Below, piece after piece: positions 36,326-40,395 of a stretch of DNA of 40,395 bases. The notes beneath the pieces are model-generated. The model did no database searches, was not told the DNA's origin, and saw nothing but the letters and a program-made list of their open reading frames with translations. How positions within the stretch are numbered: the stretch's first letter is position 1; each line of letters opens with the position of its first letter. Source of the stretch: Candidatus Hadarchaeota archaeon (lineage in GTDB: Archaea > CAYQAE01 > CAYVLA01); NCBI GenBank assembly GCA_964621445.1, contig CAZUNO010000001.1:1-40395 (forward strand). Direction: 5' to 3'. A program made the translations under genes and the position numbers.

Positions 36326-37204
36326 ATGAAAAACGAACGGCTGGCCACTGGCTCTGCGGAGTCCCCCGGAGCTGGTACCATTGTGAATGCAATGGCAACC
36401 GGGAAGGGAGCAGCCTTTGCTATAGATCTCAAGGTTATGGCCAAGGTGATAATCAATAATGAAGGTGGTATAAGGGCCAGAATTGAGGGGGATAGGGCCG
36501 AGGACACCACGCTCATTGAGCTCTGTGTAAAAACGATGTTGGATGAACAGGAAGAGGAATACGGGGCCACGGTTATCACGAAATCAGAGCTTCCGGTTGC
36601 CAGAGGACTTTCCAGCAGCAGCGCGGCATCCAATGCAGTGGTAATGGCCACCGCTTCTGCTCTTGAAAAACTGGGCCATGCCCGAAAATCGGATAGGAAA
36701 TTAATGGACATCGGAATAGACGCCAGCCTACGGTGTGGAGTAAGCATTACCGGGGCATTTGATGACGCCTCGGCCTCCTTCTTCGGAGGCGCAGTGGTTA
36801 CCGATAATGAGTGCAGGGAGATTCTCCGAAAAATGGAGATGCCGGATCTTGAAACCGCGTTGCTGATTCCAGCTGAGAAATCATATTCGGGAAAGGCAGA
36901 CGTGGAGACCATGAAGCTTCTGGCCCCTCAGGTCGAAATGGCTCATAAGGAGGCTCGCGAGGGAGATATCCTAAATGCCCTGGTCATGAACGGCCTAATT
37001 TACTGCGCCTCCATAGGCCTTGACCCCAAACCCGCAATCTTGGCTTTAAGAGCCGGGGCTCTAGCCGCCGGTCTCAGTGGTAAGGGGCCTGCCTTCGTGG
37101 CGCTAACCGAGGATGGGGAGGCAGTCCGGGATGCCTGGAAAACCTTTGGGGGAGATGTCATAATCACCAGTACGGAAAATTATGGATCGAGGGTGCTAGA
37201 ATGA
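36326..37204 (+). CDS. aroK: Archaeal GHMP-family shikimate kinase
   Basis: TIVNAMATGKGAAFAIDL, PVARGLSSSSA, SITGAFDDASAS..GG..VTDN, GLSGKGPA. Confidence 0.93.
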   Translation: MKNERLATGSAESPGAGTIVNAMATGKGAAFAIDLKVMAKVIINNEGGIRARIEGDRAEDTTLIELCVKTMLDEQEEEYGATVITKSELPVARGLSSSSAASNAVVMATASALEKLGHARKSDRKLMDIGIDASLRCGVSITGAFDDASASFFGGAVVTDNECREILRKMEMPDLETALLIPAEKSYSGKADVETMKLLAPQVEMAHKEAREGDILNALVMNGLIYCASIGLDPKPAILALRAGALAAGLSGKGPAFVALTEDGEAVRDAWKTFGGDVIITSTENYGSRVLE

Positions 37205-37503
37205 GTTCCGATGAGCTCAGGGAGCTGAGACGAAAGATGGCCAACATCGATTACAGGATTATCGATACTATAGCAGAGAGGATGGATATTGCGAGGCAAA
37301 TCGGTAAGGTAAAGCTTAGGAAAGGCATTCCCATAGAGGTTGAGAGTGTGGAAGAAAAGGTCATGGAAAGGGCCCTGGAGAGAGCTAATGAGAAAAATAT
37401 TGAAACGGATCTAGTCCGAGATCTTTTTGGTCTATTGCTTGAATACAGCAAGAAGCGGCAAGGGAGTGAAAATTATGCCCCGGATAGCGACTCTGGGACC
37501 TAG
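37201..37503 (+). CDS. AroQ-type chorismate mutase
   Basis: LRELRRKMANIDYRII...ER...IGKVK...YSKKRQ; ATGA overlap with aroK, upstream of pheA. Confidence 0.85.
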   Translation: MSSDELRELRRKMANIDYRIIDTIAERMDIARQIGKVKLRKGIPIEVESVEEKVMERALERANEKNIETDLVRDLFGLLLEYSKKRQGSENYAPDSDSGT

Positions 37504-38305
37504 AGGATCTTTTTCAGAGGAAGCTGCCATTCTTTACGGGAGGCGTTTCCAAAAGGCAGATACCGTCCTGTTCTCAGATCCGGAGCAGATAATTCGTCTA
37601 GATAAAGGGATTGATTTCGGCCTGGTGGCCATAGAGAATTCACTGGAGGGAACCATTGGACACACCCTGGACCTGATCGGCGAGATGGAATTCAGCATAT
37701 GCGACGAGATAGTACTGAAAATTAGGCACTTTCTAATGACCTCCTCCGGAGATTGTCCTGTTAGCCGGATCTATTCCCACCCAGCTGCCTTTGCCCAGTG
37801 CCGGGGTTATCTTAAGAGGGAGTATCCAGAAAGCGGGATAATAACCGTATCCAGCACTGCTCAAGGAGCCCTTCAAGCCTCCCAGGAGAAGGGCTCGGCG
37901 GCCATAGCCAGCAGACGGGCTGCGGAGATATATGGTCTGGAGCTCATAGATGAAAATATACAGGACCAAGATAGCTACACCAGATTCATAGTCATCGGGC
38001 ATGAATCCCCGGAAATCACGGGCAGTGACAAGACCTCGATCTTCTTTTCCACAAAGGATCAGCCCGGAGCTCTCTACGCTGCATTGCGACCCTTCGCCGA
38101 AAGGTCGCTGAACCTAACGAAGATCGAATCCAGGCCAGCAAGGAAGGAGCTAGGGGATTACGTCTTCTTTTTGGACTTCCAGGGGCATATCTCTGAGCAA
38201 AGGTGCCAGGACGCCCTTGAGGAGCTTTCCGAGTCCTGCGTTTGGGTCAAGGTACTTGGTTCCTATCCGGCTGCTCCCTCTCAATTGCCCCCATCGCGGT
38301 TATGA
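37475..38305 (+). CDS. pheA: Prephenate dehydratase with ACT domain
   Basis: LGPRGSFSEEAA, IENSLEG, YSHP..QC, YTRF, KTSI, PGALY, NLTKIESRP, LGSYP; likely ATG 37475. Confidence 0.95.
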   Translation: MPRIATLGPRGSFSEEAAILYGRRFQKADTVLFSDPEQIIRLDKGIDFGLVAIENSLEGTIGHTLDLIGEMEFSICDEIVLKIRHFLMTSSGDCPVSRIYSHPAAFAQCRGYLKREYPESGIITVSSTAQGALQASQEKGSAAIASRRAAEIYGLELIDENIQDQDSYTRFIVIGHESPEITGSDKTSIFFSTKDQPGALYAALRPFAERSLNLTKIESRPARKELGDYVFFLDFQGHISEQRCQDALEELSESCVWVKVLGSYPAAPSQLPPSRL

Positions 38306-39620
38306 GTTCCCTGATTTCTCTTTCGATCTGGACGGGATCACGGTCCCCGAAGATGGAGAGTCTGAAGGTCACGCTCTTCCTTTCCTTGGGGATCCCCGTG
38401 CCGGTATAAACGTCTATTACCTTGGCGGATACCAGTTCCTTCTGACATTTTTCAACGACCCTGGCTATCGTCTCGGGATCAGCCGTTTTATGGAATAGAT
38501 AGGAGTGATCCCTCTGTATCATACCGTATTTCTCGATTCGATGCCTTCGAATCTCTTCCTGGGGCAGGATTGATGCGTTTGCAGTTTTCATCCTTACCGT
38601 TCGTTTTCCGTCCCCGATAATGATATAATCCGGCGTCGTCTCGGTTAATCTGCCGGTGTGGACGGCACCGGTGGCCTCGTTTCGAATGGACACTATCTCG
38701 CCAACGGAGTTCTCTATGTTTAGAAGTTCCTCGTAGAGGGCCGAGACCGCTCTCGCGGATTTGGAATAGGAGGAATCAAGATCATCATAGTGTTTGGCAG
38801 CGTCTATCATCGCTTTTCTGAAGGCCTCCCTATCCCCTGAGTCCACGGAGCGTTTGAGGTCCTTGGCGTTCTTGATGAAATCCGCCTCGATTTGGGAGGA
38901 GTAGGGATTTGACATCTGGATCTCCGCATACATTCCGGGGTTCCCGGAAAGTATACGGCCGATCATATCCACCATTAGTTCGTAGACCGGGGAGGCAAAG
39001 GCCCTCGACCGGCCGATATCGAAATCCATCTCCTTTAGAGTCTGTCCCACGGAGATGTATGTGAAATGGGTTAGACACTGTACTACTCCCAGCACGTAAT
39101 CGTGTTCCTTCCAGGTGGTAGTAAGGGTTCGAGCCTGGTAATCAGCTAGGAATTCCCTTAACTCCTCGAGGAACCCCCCGCCGTTGACCGGTACTAGTAT
39201 TACTACCTGACCTTCAAGATTCGATACCGATGGCCCAAACATGGGGTGGACGGAGATATATTCAACATTCGGATCCAACACTTCCCGGGCCACATTGCAG
39301 ACGGGGGTCTTGACCGAGCAGATATCCATTACAACGGAATCCTTTTCGATCTCCGGTCCGATCTGCCCCAGTAGGTCCGGGGTTATGCCGAGCGGAGTGC
39401 AGAATACGATATATCTGGCTCCAGCTGCGCGAATGTTGTCCTGGCTGTATTCACAGCCATATTTCTCAGCCGCTTTTCGGCCGGGTCCTTCCCTGGGTCC
39501 AGTTATGAGCACGGAGAGGGATTCAAGAATGCCTTGATGGCGCAGAAAATCAAGGATCCAGATTCCCATCTTACCGTAGCCGCCGATTAGGGCCACGGTT
39601 TCCTTGGATCCGCTTTTCAT
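38247..39620 (-). CDS. tyrA: Prephenate dehydrogenase with about 160-aa C-terminal extension
   Basis: IGGYGKMG, DICSVK, HPMFGP, EHD...VQCLTHF, SPVY...MYAEIQ..NP; likely ATG 39620 (track start GTG 39644). Confidence 0.93.
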   Translation of the reverse strand: MKSGSKETVALIGGYGKMGIWILDFLRHQGILESLSVLITGPREGPGRKAAEKYGCEYSQDNIRAAGARYIVFCTPLGITPDLLGQIGPEIEKDSVVMDICSVKTPVCNVAREVLDPNVEYISVHPMFGPSVSNLEGQVVILVPVNGGGFLEELREFLADYQARTLTTTWKEHDYVLGVVQCLTHFTYISVGQTLKEMDFDIGRSRAFASPVYELMVDMIGRILSGNPGMYAEIQMSNPYSSQIEADFIKNAKDLKRSVDSGDREAFRKAMIDAAKHYDDLDSSYSKSARAVSALYEELLNIENSVGEIVSIRNEATGAVHTGRLTETTPDYIIIGDGKRTVRMKTANASILPQEEIRRHRIEKYGMIQRDHSYLFHKTADPETIARVVEKCQKELVSAKVIDVYTGTGIPKERKSVTFRLSIFGDRDPVQIEREIRELITAMGAIEREQPDRNQVP

Positions 39621-39726
39621 CCTGAATTCCACTCGTTTCTCCACCTATAAATCGGTTCCCCCACAATACCGATCCTGGGAGATTGACATTTGCCTGAGAA
39701 AGATTGTTATTATGGGATTCTAAGAT

Positions 39727-40305
39727 TTGAACATCTTGACCAATGGATCAAAGAGATCGAACGATGAAAGAGGGTTAGGCTGGCTAGTGGATAAGATCAG
39801 AAGAAGGGAGAGGATCGAGAAACCTGCCAAAGAACCCTTATTCAATGATCTTGAGGATACCATCCCGCTTTTTTTCCATGCAGCAATGCTCGATAGTCTG
39901 CATGATATGTGGAGGATGAATGCGCCTGAGCTTCTTTCCAGGCTCGGTGTTCTAATGGGGCATAAGCTTAGGGTGGAACTGGGAGATAAGATGGATATCG
40001 AGGAGGTCGGGACCTGGGAGGCGGCAGTGGAGCAGGTTCCCATTATGCTGGAGTTCTTCTCGGATAGGGTCGAGGTGGCAAAGATATCGAAGCTGTATGC
40101 CAGAATTGAGAGAGAAGGCTGCCCCTGTATGGTTATGCAATTTTCCATGGATTACTGTCCTCAGGATATGGTCATCGACGGTATGATTTCGGGTTTCGTC
40201 CAGAGGACCCTGGATCGAGATGACGTTGAGTGCAGCCATAAATACTGCGGCAAGGATAAAGAAGACGGTCTCTGTGTTCACGAATTGAAAATTAAGGAAG
40301 AATAG
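39727..40305 (+). CDS. Stand-alone V4R-like ligand-binding domain protein
   Basis: LGVLMG helix, then GCPC...YCP...GMISGFV...C.HKYC...CVHEL pattern typical of V4R-like folds; start uncertain (GTG 39787 possible). Confidence 0.65.
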   Translation: MNILTNGSKRSNDERGLGWLVDKIRRRERIEKPAKEPLFNDLEDTIPLFFHAAMLDSLHDMWRMNAPELLSRLGVLMGHKLRVELGDKMDIEEVGTWEAAVEQVPIMLEFFSDRVEVAKISKLYARIEREGCPCMVMQFSMDYCPQDMVIDGMISGFVQRTLDRDDVECSHKYCGKDKEDGLCVHELKIKEE

Positions 40306-40395
40306 CGGTGGCATAGATTTTTATCAGGTGCTGTTCCGTCGGAAGCTGTGGACTGGTTTCTGGTATCGATACTGCTAGTTTGTCTGCCCTTCGCG

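Noticed and set aside
36130-36912. 260-aa minus-strand ORF and other long antisense ORFs (5679-6161, 31222-31767, 25150-25590)
   Set aside because: Shadows of well-supported genes, Ser/Pro-rich antisense composition, no motifs
1-40395. CRISPR arrays, tRNA/rRNA genes, IS elements, proviral genes
   Set aside because: Intergenic gaps are all under about 320 bp and show no repeat-spacer pattern, cloverleaf, transposase or integrase motifs by eye

Overview
A gene-dense core-chromosome segment of an anaerobic euryarchaeal-type archaeon (SRP19, Gar1, TFB, GHMP-type shikimate kinase, H4MPT/F420 enzymes, BRE/TATA promoters); the exact lineage cannot be fixed from sequence alone. In order: a secreted/membrane-anchored GATase-like protein; a wHTH-smc-scpA-scpB operon; DUF371, pcm, srp19, gar1 and two tandem TFB paralogs; a head-to-head pair of intramembrane proteases (M50/S2P and presenilin-like); two unknown proteins and a DUF1464 protein; a hydrogenase maturation protease, tsaC/sua5, a GT4, a methyltransferase and rnz; a compact mtd-ftr-fwdGDBAC C1 operon; an ABC-2 exporter; pyrimidine genes (pyrD, K, C, B, I, F) with trxA; aromatic amino-acid genes (aroC, aroK, chorismate mutase, pheA, tyrA); and a stand-alone V4R-like protein. 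I saw no rRNA, tRNA, CRISPR array or mobile element. Best leads: (1) a tandem winged-helix gene coupled to smc-scpAB with an upstream palindrome; (2) TyrA fused to Sm-like and PheRS anticodon-binding-like domains; (3) a TFB with both B-reader salt-bridge residues substituted, next to a canonical TFB and two intramembrane proteases; (4) a GxSD presenilin; (5) likely CTG and ATT start codons. All family calls come from motif recognition by eye, not database searches.
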